Origin: Torpedo marmorata
Lineage: Eukaryota
Assembly (NCBI GenBank): GCA_977017645.1
Contig: OZ360250.1
Location: forward strand, 36,270,001 to 36,334,000
Length of the DNA: 64,000 bases
Reading direction: 5' to 3'
A model generated the notes under the pieces. It had not been told where the DNA came from and did not search any database. It saw nothing but the letters and a program-made list of their open reading frames with translations. Position 1 is the stretch's first letter, and the number at the start of each line of letters is the position of its first letter. The position numbers were made by a program, and so were the translations under genes. Positions 1 to 11,164 of this stretch are shown in pieces.

Positions 1-225
1 GGAAAAGTTCAGGGGTAGCTCGTTCCACACAGAGAGTGGTGGGAGTGTGGAACGAGCTGCCAGCTGAAGTGGTGAATGCGGGTTCAATTTTAACATTTAA
101 GAAGAATTTGTACAGGAACATGGATGGGAGGGGTATGGACGGCAAAGGACTGGGTGCAGGTCAGTGAGACAAGGCAGAAAAATAGTTCGGCACAGACTGT
201 GCTGTAATGTTCTATGGTTCCATAG
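1..225 (+). mobile_element. CR1 LINE 3' end
   Basis: Encodes FHTE/TQRVVGVWNELP-type C-terminus followed by a CR1 3' UTR with ttctat-type tail. Confidence 0.8.
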
Positions 226-499
226 ATGAACTGGGTCATGCTGGTGCTAATTGCCATGATTGTTGGCTCTCAGTGTCCAAGCTCACTCACGTCCATCTAC
301 GGAAAGCCTAGAGATTGCAGACCAGCTCATCAGGAGGGGCAGGAGAGCACAGTAAATGATGTATAATCGTGATAAGAAAACAATGTATAAAAATACAAAT
401 AAAGATTAAAACCATGTCCTCTTTCAATAGAAAACCATCATTTCCTCCTTCCTTCAACCTATTTGGCAAAATATCAGAAGAAACATTTTGTGATAGATT

Positions 500-770
500 A
501 GGTAAAGGTAATCTCCTTAAAGGTAAAAAGGTAAAGGTTCCATTATTGTCACGTAATACTACATTTAGAATGTAACATACATGAAATTCTTTAATTTTTG
601 TCTACCATAAGGCAGACAGAGGGTCGCTACTTTGTCCAGCGCCCCTCACAGAAACCTACAGCACCTGGTGTTCCTTGACGGTCTCCCCTCCAAGTACTGA
701 CCAGTCCTGTGCCTGCTTAGCTTCCGAGATCAGACAATCCCAGTCGTATTCAGGCTATTGGTGCCGCACA
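500..770 (-). mobile_element. 5S rRNA-derived SINE (SINE3-type) with Rex/Babar-like tail
   Basis: Minus strand of 652-770 reads gtctgatctcggaagctaagcagg...gtacttggaggggagaccg...ggtgctgtagg (5S rRNA-like), followed by a ~130-nt body ending tgacaataa...(ccttta)n. Confidence 0.85.
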
Positions 771-997
771 ATGAATGAAAGATCAATACTCGGAGACAGC
801 AGAGATATAATACTGTAATGTGATTAATGGTTGGACATCAACAATACCATAGCCAGAACAAAATTGGCACCTTGTTCAGCTCATGGTCTCCACACTGGCA
901 TCTTCTCATTAACCTGTTACAGAACAGCACAGCCTCTTCTGACATCACATGTCACCTGGCATGAAGTATTCCTGATACGAGTCTTTCTGTGCTTTTT

Positions 998-1232
998 TTT
1001 TAGACATACAGCACGGTAACAAGCCCTTTTGGCCCACGAGCCCGTGCCGAACAATTGCACCCAATGAACCTACAACCCCGGTACATTTTAAATGCACCCG
1101 GAGGAAAGCCATGCAGAAACGGGGAGAACGTACAAACTCCTTACAGATAGCGCCAGATTCGAACCCTGGTTGAATCCTAGTCGCTGGCGCTGTAACAGCA
1201 TTGTGATAATCGCTACCCTAACCGTGCTGCCC
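998..1232 (-). mobile_element. tRNA-derived V-SINE (HE1-like)
   Basis: tRNA-like head with box B and V-domain ggagtttgtacgttctcccc on the minus strand. Confidence 0.85.
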
Positions 1233-2189
1233 TGTGTATTTGGAGAGTTAACCGTATTAACTCTCCAAATACTTGAAACCATTAATCATTGATCTGCACA
1301 TCTCAGCTACAATGACTCCAAAACCATCGCTATGCAAAATGATTACGCTTTCAAACTGACAGCAACTTTCGGATTTCTGTGAAAAGTTGCCCCCAACCAT
1401 TCGGACCACTTGTACAGGCTGTAGCGTCTGCCGCCTTCTCCAACATAATCAAGGGAAATCGGTTGAATTGACGAGAACTTTGACACCAGTCCCCCTGGAA
1501 AATACTCAGCTCAGCTGATGGACAACATTCAAGCTGCATCGATTGCCAACCAACAGCGGCAACGGGGAAGCCCGCGCCTGGCGGGAAATCGCCCGCTCTT
1601 CAAGGTTAGCCGCTGGTGTGATTGCACCCCCTCCTGTGACTGGGAAATCGGCCTGTGGACACCAGAGGTAATGGCCTTGAGGGACATGCAACGAAGCAAT
1701 CCTCCAGTCATCAGTCCTCCGTCGGTGCACTGGTGAAGAGACCAGGGACTAGGGTAGCAACTGTGGTTGAAATGATCAAGTGCATCCTGGGTACCAACCC
1801 CTGGCAAGAATGGAGAAACACAGGCCACTGGAATCGTGAGCACACAATGAGAGACTGGGAGGACCCAGCAAGTCAGGCCGAACCCAGGCCGAGTCACTCC
1901 AGTGTCTCATTGCCTGGAGATGTGTCTGATTTTTTATCACATTTGCGCTGGAACTGCAGTTTCCCAGAGTTAGGGAAAAGGGGAGTAATGGCTCTCCTTA
2001 TGATGTCACTCCCTCCCGCCAATGGAGAACAAGTACTTGTTGGTGTTCGATGAGGACAGGGGCAAAATCCTTGGTGTTCCCCAACCAACCCAACACCCCC
2101 TCTTCCCAATCTCTCAAGGAGGAACAAACTGTTAACTATTAGCCAATAGCCATTGACCAGGGATGTGGACGGGGAGTTGGGAAGCTCAT

Positions 2190-2408
2190 TTAATTTTAAT
2201 TTAGACATTCAACATGGTAACAGCCCTTTCCGGCCCACAGGCCCATGCCGTCCAATTACACCCAATTAACCTACTAACCCCGTACATTTCTGATGGGTGG
2301 GAGGAAACTGGAGCACCCACAGGAAATCAACGCAGGTCAAGGGGAGAACGGACAAACTCCTTACAGACAACGCCGGATTCGATCCCCAATCGCTGGCGAT
2401 GTAATAGA
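2190..2408 (-). mobile_element. V-SINE (HE1-like), 5'-truncated
   Basis: Same family as 998-1232. Confidence 0.8.
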
Positions 2409-2786
2409 AAACTAAGAACATGATGGCCTTCATCAGCAAGTAGGTCAAATGAAGGTACCAAGGCTTTGCAAATTGGATGAGTGAGACTCAGGTTGGGTGC
2501 CATTTTAAAAATGTGGCAGTGCCAACGCTGAAAACTTCCATGACCTGTCTCAGCACTGACGACCTTTCCCCCAATCTCTTGTCTGGAAGCCCCACATCAA
2601 GTTCGGATTCTGCTCAATTCTGTGATGGAATGTTTTAAAAGTGAGGGTCATTCCCAGGGTTACTCAGAGCCATTCCTGGTTTCCCCCGCATCCATGCACT
2701 GAGACACGGCTTCACCTTACGAGGCTGGACAGGTAATAAATACCCTGCTGCACCAGCAACGACTCACAGGCTAGGACTCAACTGCG

Positions 2787-3046
2787 TCTCACACTGCTGA
2801 CCGCTACTGCATCAGGACGGAGCCCTAACCATCTCACACTGCTGACGGCTCTACACCGTCTCTGCATCAGGATGGAGCCCTAACCATCTCACACTGCTGA
2901 CGGCTCTACACCGTCTCTGCATCAGGATGGAGCCCTAACCATCTCACACTGCTGACGGCTCTACACCGTCTCTGCATCAGGATGGAGCCCTAACCATCTC
3001 ACACTGCTGACGGCTCTACACCGTCTCTGCATCAGGACAGAGCCCC
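2787..3046. repeat. 55-bp minisatellite, about 4.5 copies
   Basis: Unit ctgcatcaggatggagccctaaccatctcacactgctgacggctctacaccgtct. agccc recurs at 2821, 2876, 2931, 2986 and 3041. Confidence 0.95.
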
Positions 3047-3049
3047 AAG

Positions 3050-3205
3050 CTTTCTACAGACATTTTTTACAAACCTACCAACTCCTCGACTACACTTCTT
3101 CACACCCAGTCCCCTGCAAGGATTCTATTCCTTTCTCTCAATTCCTCCGTCTCCATCATATCTACTCCCAAGATGAGGTCTGCCAGTCCAGATCATCCGA
3201 AACTG
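3050..3205 (+). mobile_element. Penelope-like element RT/thumb fragment
   Basis: Translates, with a frameshift, to TDIFYKPT..LDYTSSHPVPCKDSIPFSQFLRL, a typical PLE motif. Confidence 0.75.
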
Positions 3206-3619
3206 CGAAATCTCACGCTGCTGACTGCTACTGCGTCTCTGCATTGGGACGGAGCACCAAACAGGCTCTGAACATGCAGAGGTGGAATCTGTACCCACAC
3301 CCACTCTGCTGCTTTGATGGACTGAAATTACAGGGGAGAAGAGAACAGTAAAATGTGAACATTTATGTATCCTTTTTATGGTTGTTATCTTTTCTTTTCC
3401 TCTTGATTGGACATTTAAGTTATACTTGTTTATTTTATGTACCTAACTGCAGCAAGAAGAATTTCAGTGCATTTGTACGTTGTACTCGTGTATGATAATA
3501 ACCCTCATCATCAATCATGAAACAAGTCGCCTCTGGAATCCTTGTATAATTTGATTGCAAAGATTTCAGCAATGTATTTGTTCAAGTTGTTGTACATAAT
3601 ATGGATATTGTTACCAATA

Positions 3620-4135
3620 ACGTGCCAATCACGGTCTGGTATGGGGACAACAATACCACTGGGTGTAAAGCCCTGCACAAGGTTGTGGACACAGCTCAGG
3701 ACATCACGGACAAAACCCTCCCCACCATCGAGAACATCTACGGGGAACGCTGCCGTCGGAGAGCAGCAGCAATCATCAAGGATCCACACCACCCGGCACA
3801 CGCTCTGTTCTCGCTGCTGCCATCAAGAAAGAGGTATAGGTGCCACAAGACTCGCACCACCAGGTTCAGGAACAGCTGCTACCCCTCCACCATCAGACTC
3901 CTCAACAACAAACTCAGTCAGGGACTCATTTAAGGACTCTTGCACTTTATTGATTATTTTTATCTCTGCATTGCACAGTCAGTTTGTTTATATTTCATTA
4001 GTTGTTTACATGTGTACGTTCAGTACAGTTTTTTTTTGCACTACCAATATGTGGTAGTTCTGCCTTGCCCGCAGGAAAAAGAATCTCAGGGTTGTATGTG
4101 ATGTCATGAATGTACTCTGACAATAAATATGAAAT
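3620..4135 (+). mobile_element. Rex1/Babar-type LINE 3' fragment
   Basis: ITVWYG...KDPHHPAHALFSLLPSRKRYR...RFRNSCYPSTIRLLN; tail ends tgacaataaa. Confidence 0.85.
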
Positions 4136-4516
4136 CAATGCACACTGCCCTCACTGGACTTTCCCTGAACTCAACTATGGGATGCCGTTAGGGTCATTGG
4201 AATGGAGAAACACTGAGATAGAGTGCCAGCACAATCGCAAGAATTCATTATTCACAGATGAGAACACATTCTTGTAAAGCGTGTCACGACTAACAGTGTG
4301 ACAGAATAAATAATTCCGCTCACGGGGCTCCCTGTCCCTCAATTCGCCCCATTTCAAGCCATATCCATGCACCGAGCCATGATATCGCCTCTCGCAGCCG
4401 GCCACGGAGCTCTCTGCTCTGCCAGCTCTGATCGAACGGACTCAACATCATTGCAAGCCCTGGTATGTCCTGAGCTGCTGACGGCTGCAACAGGACTGGC
4501 CGCTAAACAGAATCTG

Positions 4517-4725
4517 GGCGGCACGGCTAGTGTAGTGGTTAGCGCAACGCTGTACAGTGCCAGCGAAGCGGGTTCGAATCCCACGTTGTCTGTAAGGAGT
4601 TTGTACGTTCTCCCCGTGTCTGCGTGGGTTTCCTCCGGGTGCTCCGGTTTCCTCCCACCCTTCAAAACGTACAGGGTTGTAGGTCAATTGGGTGTAATTG
4701 GGTGTTACCGTGCTGTACGTCTGTA
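4517..4725 (+). mobile_element. V-SINE (HE1-like)
   Basis: tagtgtagtggttagcg (box A), ggttcgaatcc (box B) and V-domain. Confidence 0.85.
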
Positions 4726-5264
4726 TGACTCTGTGAAGAAATCAGATCTCCAGCAGAGACATCGTGGGTGTACATGTAGTTCACAGGAGCACTGCCACAT
4801 TACTGCAAATCAGCACAATGATTTTACAAACCAAAAGTGGCATTTTATGCAATTGATAAATGCAACCTCATTTTGAGCCTTGGAGTGAAAGCCCTGCAAA
4901 AGGTAGTGGACACAGCCCAGGACATCATTTGAACCTCGGATAATAGTACCAGGCAGCTGAATGCAGAAATGCACAGCTGATCGACGGCCTGCTTGCAATT
5001 AAATAGAAAGTTTGGAGTTCTAATCATATTTGCATGGTTGATATATTCCAAGGGCTGTCTAAAGCTAGCTGAACCCTGTTATTATTGGAATTAATGAACC
5101 ATACCCAATGCTCGTTGTTTCAATATCTATGACCAAGTGTGGTCATCATCTTTCACAGGCAATTCACACAATCCCAATCAGACTGTATTCAGCAAATAAA
5201 ACGGCTTTAGTTGGACAAAAGTTGATCCTAAAATCATTACAGGTCACTGTGTGGTTTGCAGTCA

Positions 5265-5790
5265 TATTAAGAAAAGATGTGTTGACATTGGAGAGGGTTC
5301 AGAGGAGATTCACTTGGATGATTCCGGGACTGAAAGGGTTATCATATGAAGAGCGTTTGACAGCTCTTGGCCTGTATTCGTTGGAATTTAGGAGAATGAG
5401 GGGGGATCACATTGAAACATTTAGAATGTTGAAAGGCGTGGACAGAGTAGATGCAGAAAGGTTGTTTCCCATGGTGGGGGAGTCTAGGACAAGAGGGCAC
5501 AACTTCAGGATTGAAGTGTGTCCACTTAGGACAGAGATGGGGAGGAATTTCTTCAGCCAGAGGGTGGTAAATCTGTGGAATTTGTTGCCACAGGCAAATG
5601 TGAAGGACAATTAATTGGGTGTATTTAAGGCAGAGATTTACAGGTTCATGATTAGCCAAGGCATCAAAAGTTATGGGGAGAAGGCCGGGCAGTGGGTCTG
5701 AGTGGAAAAATGGATCAACTCATGATTAAATGGCGGGGCAGACTCGATGGGCTGAATAGCCTATTTCTGCGCCTGTCTTACGGTCTTAAG
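5265..5790 (+). mobile_element. CR1 LINE 3' fragment
   Basis: RKDVLTLERVQRRFT...YEERL..LGLYSLE.RRMRGD...FFSQRVVNLWN. Confidence 0.9.
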
Positions 5791-6166
5791 GTATTCCACC
5801 ACAACTGATCTGACCTTGGCCAACTTTCCTGTACTGCATAAGCATTGCCCCTCTTGTAGTCCAAAACATGTCTCCCTCCACCTTGAATGCATTCAAAGAG
5901 TCAGCCTCCATTGCTCTCTGAGGAACAGGGTCACAGAGAGCTGTGGCCCTCTCAGAGACAAAATTCTTCTTCGCTTCTTGCCCTAAACGGTAGACCCTTT
6001 GTTCTGAATCTCCTAATGAGGCTCGGGAGGATTACCGGAAACATAAAATAGTGCACCATTGCTCCTCCCAGAAATGCGTGAAAGTCTCGCGGATCACTAC
6101 GGTTGAATCCGACTCCGTAAAATATTGCTGGCACCCGATCAGCCACGTGGAGTGTGTGATACCCAC

Positions 6167-6290
6167 CAGAATGACCTTTTCCATTTCTTTGGCTGGACAC
6201 CAGTGAAACATCCCGGTGGAATCGTATTTCTTCACGTTGGAATCTTTTTCTTCAATCTGATCGTTTCCTGGGACTGACAGGGGGTCGTGC
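6167..6290 (-). CDS. KCNMA1: KCNMA1 exon: (R)[41 protein letters not shown] (linker into RCK2)
   Basis: Within ORF 6032..6331(-). gtctctgcag|GCACGAC...ATTCTG|gtgggt. 124 nt, phase 2 to 0. Confidence 0.97.
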
Positions 6291-7224
6291 CTGCAGAGAC
6301 AAGGGAATTGAGACAAGGAGTTGCCCTCCATCCTGACACCCTGCCCTGATCTTTTCCAACTGGTTTCAGCCTGCCCAGAGTTGTTTAATTTACGAGCAGT
6401 CCTATTACTGCAGTGCTTAGCTCAGGCATCACCCCACCCCCCAGATCTCCCATCCTTCCAAAAAAAACATGATCAAAGGGCTCACATTAACTGCTGCAAT
6501 GAGGTGAAATAGATAGAGACAGAGACTCATGCTGGCTGAGTGGCAAGAAGATGAAAAGCCAATTACAGGCTTTTACCGCATACAACTTCCGACGCTGTTC
6601 TCTGAGCAATAAAAAGCTTTAACAGGGTACACTTGATATATTTTAGCAATTTTGCCCCCATCATATTTTCCTTTTTTTGAAAACTTGAAGCCATTAATGT
6701 TTCAGAGGATGTCAGCTCAGAGCAGATTGATTAATTTACATCTGCATCGTGAGCAGATGATTTTTCTCCTGAAGAACGCTGAATACAAAAGTGGTCCTCA
6801 CTAGCTGTCACCTGGCCATCAATGCCTGCACTTCTAACATTTCACTGCATTCTGCACATCCATCAGTCACTGGCAGCTGTCATCCTGAGACGTGGTCTTA
6901 AACAGTCAGCAATAAACACCCCATTTCATCCTGACCCAGCCACAGCTCAAGTAGAATCTCCATAACTGCAGATTCCAGCACTTACAAGGTAATTACATCT
7001 GTGGTACACCTTCCCTTTAAACGACACAAGTTGCACTAAAAAAATGCTAAAAGAATTTGCAACTCTGTGAGAAATAAATCAAGGCATATTTTTGAGAAAT
7101 CAGATTAAAGCTGCATATCTCAAAACTCCCCACTAACATTGATTTAGCAAAATAAATAATGATTTATAAATGATGATTTATAATATTTATGGATACGTGG
7201 AGGCAATAGAAAATCTGCCCCTTT

Positions 7225-8180
7225 TGCATGCATCGCAAAAGGTTGGTTTGCAGGTGCAGCAAGCTATGAAGAGGGCAAATGGAATGTTGGCCTTCATTGC
7301 TAGAGGGATTGAATTTAGGAGCAGGGAGGTTCTGCTGCAACGGAACCAGGTACTGGTGAGGCCGCACCTGGAGTACTGCGTGCAGTTCTGGTCTCCTTAC
7401 TTGAGGAAGGATGTACTGGCTTTGGAGGCGGTGCAGAGGAGGTTCACCTGGTTGATTCCAGAGATGAGGGGGTTAGCCTATGAGGAGAGATTGAGTCGTC
7501 TGGGACTGTACTCACTTAAATTTAGAAGAATGAGAGGGGATCTTGTAGAAACGTATAAAATTATGAAAGGCATAGATAAGGTAAAGGTAGGTAAGCTGTT
7601 TCCATTGGTGGGGGAGACTAGAACTAGGGGTAAGAGCCGCAAGATTCAGGGTAGTAGAAAGAACAGAGATGAGGAGGAACTGCTTTTCCCAGAGGGTGGT
7701 AAATCTGTGGAATTCGCTGCCCATTGAAGCAGTGGAGGCTACCTCAGTAAGGCGGCACGGTTGGCGTAGCGGTTAGCGCAACGCTGCTACAGCGCCAGCG
7801 ATCGGGACCGGGGTTCGAATCTCTCACTGTCTGTAAGGAGTTGGTACGTTCTCCCCATGTCTGCGTGGGTTTTCCCCGGGGACTCCGGTTTCCTCCCACC
7901 GTTCAAAACTTACCAGGGTTGTAGGTTAATCGGGTGTAATTGGGCAGCACGGGCTCGTAGGCCTAAATGGCCTGTTACCAAGCTGTATGTCTAAATTTAA
8001 AAAAAAAATTATTTAAGACGAGGTTGGATAGAGTTTTATAAAGTAGGGGAATTAAGGGAAATGGGGAAAAGGCAGATAGGTGGAGATGAGCCTATCATCA
8101 GATCAGCCATGATTTCATTGAATGGCGGAGCAGGCTCGACAGGCCGGATGGCCGACTCCTGCTCCTATTTCTTATGTTTA
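7225..8180 (+). mobile_element. CR1 LINE 3' fragment interrupted by a V-SINE
   Basis: LVRPHLEYCVQFWSPYLRKD motif; resumes at about 8011 after the SINE. Confidence 0.9.
7751..8010 (+). mobile_element. Full-length V-SINE nested in CR1
   Basis: Splits the ctcagtaa/atatttaag sequence seen intact at about 59861-59880; A-rich tail. Confidence 0.9.
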
Positions 8181-10598
8181 GCAAATATATTGAAGATTTG
8201 ATATACAGATAAAGATATATAGATGACTGTGAATATTTATTAATCTATACTTTTAATCTGTGAATATTTATTTATCTCTTCTATTCTCTTTTTCTGCTTC
8301 GTGGCACATTATAGTAATTTAATGTGTATGATTGTGACTGGTGCATCTTACGTACCTGTGTGTTTGCAGCAAGTAAGAATTACGATGCATCTGTACATTG
8401 TACTTGTGTGCTTATGATAATAAACTCTCATGTCTTAACATTTATCGAGAATTGGCTGGTTTTATCTTTTTTATCTGGAGAAGCTTACACAACAAGTCCC
8501 ATCGTGACCCCCTGAGCTGCAATGATTGGATTGCAGACCGCACCCAGTGCTCACGTCTCCCCTGATCGTCCTTGTACTTCGATTGAGACGAGCTCTCTAC
8601 ATATTTGAGAATCCTTACTACGTGGAATTCATTAGGGAGTGGCTGGAAGCATTTTTGTAGAAGTCCAAGGAAAGCGACACTGCACCCTGTCAGAGTTCCA
8701 ATATTTAAAAACTAAACACCAACATCAAATGTCATCTGCCTTGCCAGGAATCCTTTGAAAGGACATTGACAGTGACTTATCAAAAGCTGAAATAAAACTT
8801 TCTTCTTTTTGTATTAAATATTTTCACTTCATTGCTCAGTTTATATTTTGAATTGCCCCATGTTGTAAACTGTTGCCAGGACATAAAGTGGAGATGATTT
8901 CCAATAAACAGCCAAGAATAAGTTGTCACATTTTCTGCAGACGAGGACCTGTTTGAACAGTGCTTCTGACTGTCCTAGTTAACATCAGGTAGAAATTTTG
9001 AGTAACTTTCTCTTGGCGGACACTGACCCAGCTGCCTCACAAGAACCAGCCAACAGAAAAACCACAAATCCCATGGACTCGCTTTGTTGGGGATGTATTT
9101 TTCTTTTGTACGGCTGACTAGATGTTGCTTCCACGCTTGTCTACAATTTCAGTGCCTGATTGAAACCCTGCACATTCGCATTGATTCAGCTTCCTCCGCT
9201 CCAATGTCGCTGCGTTTCGGTACCTCACTCCTTCCCGACCACCTTGACGAAACATTTGTCTATTAAAATGCTCGTCACCTTGATGCATGCGTTCAGCACA
9301 GTTGCTAATAACTGCAAAATCATTTAGTGATTTTACACCGCGGTTGAATATTTCATGATGCTCTGTGTGTTTCACTATTTAGTCAATGGACCTCTGTCAC
9401 TTCAATCTTTGTTGACTGCCTTGACTGGTGCAATAAAGCTCTGCCAAGATAGCTATCTCTCACCAACTGTCACTCACTGCAGCCTGTCACTGCAAACTCT
9501 TGTTCAAAGCTGATACTCACAGGGAATAACTACGACATTTGTTACACCGTAATGTTCTATTCTGATGGATTTGAACAAATGCGTTGTGATTAATAGACCT
9601 AACATTCACCGAATGCAATTAGAAACAAGTATCCAATGACCCACCCCGCCCCTCCCCCCCCCGCCCCCCCCCCCCCCCACCACAACTGAAATCCATCAGA
9701 AGGGTATTAATTGCACGTAAAGAATGCCGGACTGCCGCTCGTTAGAATTTGTTAAACCGAAGGCTCAAACAGGACTGTGCTTGGTGTTCAAGCTGCATTT
9801 AGCAATTCCAATGTGTTGCTGACTAGACAGTGCAAGCGAGAGATGACTGTTCCCCCTCAGTGCCACTCACAAGGCAATGAAGGCAGCCAGCTCTTTGAAA
9901 TTTCCCGATCCCATCATACAATTGACAAAGGCATGCTTTTCAAAACCCACATCCAAACTGTTGATCATTACTTATTTACAAAGGCCTTGAGGCGTGTGCC
10001 TGCAAAAAAAACATACTTGATACAATATACACCAGCTTATTCACCCTTGTGCAATAAGCAACCCCTAGGCATCCTTAAACCGGCACTTAATATTGCCCAT
10101 AAAGCCTACCTTGTAATTGCAAAATATGTAATATTTAAGGTATAATAATATATCTGCAGGATAAGGATTTCTGAAAGCTTTGGTGACATTGTGCTCGGTA
10201 ATTCGATGTTTTGCTAAGGGCTATGAATTGAAAAAGCTGCACCAAGCATAGACGAACTGTCATTTCACTACCCAAGGGCCACTAATATAAAGGAGTACCC
10301 TAGAGCAGAAAAACTTTGGCACAGCTTTGAAGCAGAAAACAGCAGAACTTGCTCCCTCAGAATTATTGCTGCATGCAGATCAAAAGACCCAGCGCATATT
10401 TTACATGGTAAACAGGGACCTTCCGTTAGTCTATGAAATGTTTAGAGATTCTGTAAACCTGAAGCAATTCTCGTGTAATATTGTTTCATATGTTAAGTGG
10501 ATGAAGCTGTTTACTTGTCAAACATCGTACTCACCTTAACCCCTGACACAGGAGCAGCAAAGCACCTGACACACCCCGCTCCCAACCCCCTCCCCTAC

Positions 10599-10841
10599 CA
10601 ATTATTAGCTTTTGTTTTCCGCAACCAAGTCAAAATCAATTCGCGGCAATCTAATGTAAATGGACAAGATAAAAGGAATGTAAAAAATTTGGGTTCGTTT
10701 CTCATTGTGACACCGCATCTCACACATGTCCTGAAGTGGAGAAAAGAGGGCTCAGAGGACTCGTTGCAAATGGTGGCTCGCCTAAGGGCAAGTAACTCGA
10801 TGAGTTCCTCTGATTGGTTACTGCTGTCATTAGTGCCGCTG
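10599..10841 (-). other. Candidate in-frame KCNMA1 cassette exon (acceptor giving start 10841, 10838 or 10730; donor after 10599)
   Basis: Stop-free frame (ORF 10595..10858) with phase-2 acceptors and a phase-2 donor TG|gtaggg, matching the flanking exon phases. No transcript evidence. Confidence 0.3.
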
Positions 10842-11070
10842 CTGTTTAAGAAGTACATACGGACAGGATGGGGTGACAGCTACGACTTTAAAGGCTGCGT
10901 TTTCTCTAACAGCCTTTCCTACCTCTTTCATGACAGAACATTTTCAGCTCTATCATTAACTGCTGACAGGCTGACAGAATAAATACTTCAGCCTTTAAGG
11001 ATTTCTCTTCCTCGCTCGCTCATTCTCCCTCCTTTTAGACACCAGAGTTCTTTATGCTGTCGTCTCTTAC

Positions 11071-11164
11071 CTCATCAGCTTGGGTGAACTGGTGGGTGAA
11101 TTTCGCATGCCTCCATTTCGCTGCTTCTTTTTGGGAGACAGCACTGATGGGTTTTTATCTTGAA
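11071..11164 (-). CDS. KCNMA1: KCNMA1 exon (often called e23): [30 protein letters not shown](R)
   Basis: End of ORF 11067..11432(-). ctgtttcag|TTCAAGAT...CTGATGAG|gtaaga. 94 nt, phase 1 to 2. Confidence 0.97.

Noticed and set aside
652-770. Functional 5S rRNA gene
   Set aside because: Diverged 5' part, single copy, and continuous with a retroposon tail; treated as a SINE head.
9279-9311. 33-nt AG/GT-bounded segment on the minus strand (TTATTAGC...CATCAAG)
   Set aside because: In the phase-2 context of this intron it reads an immediate TAG, and the donor is weak.
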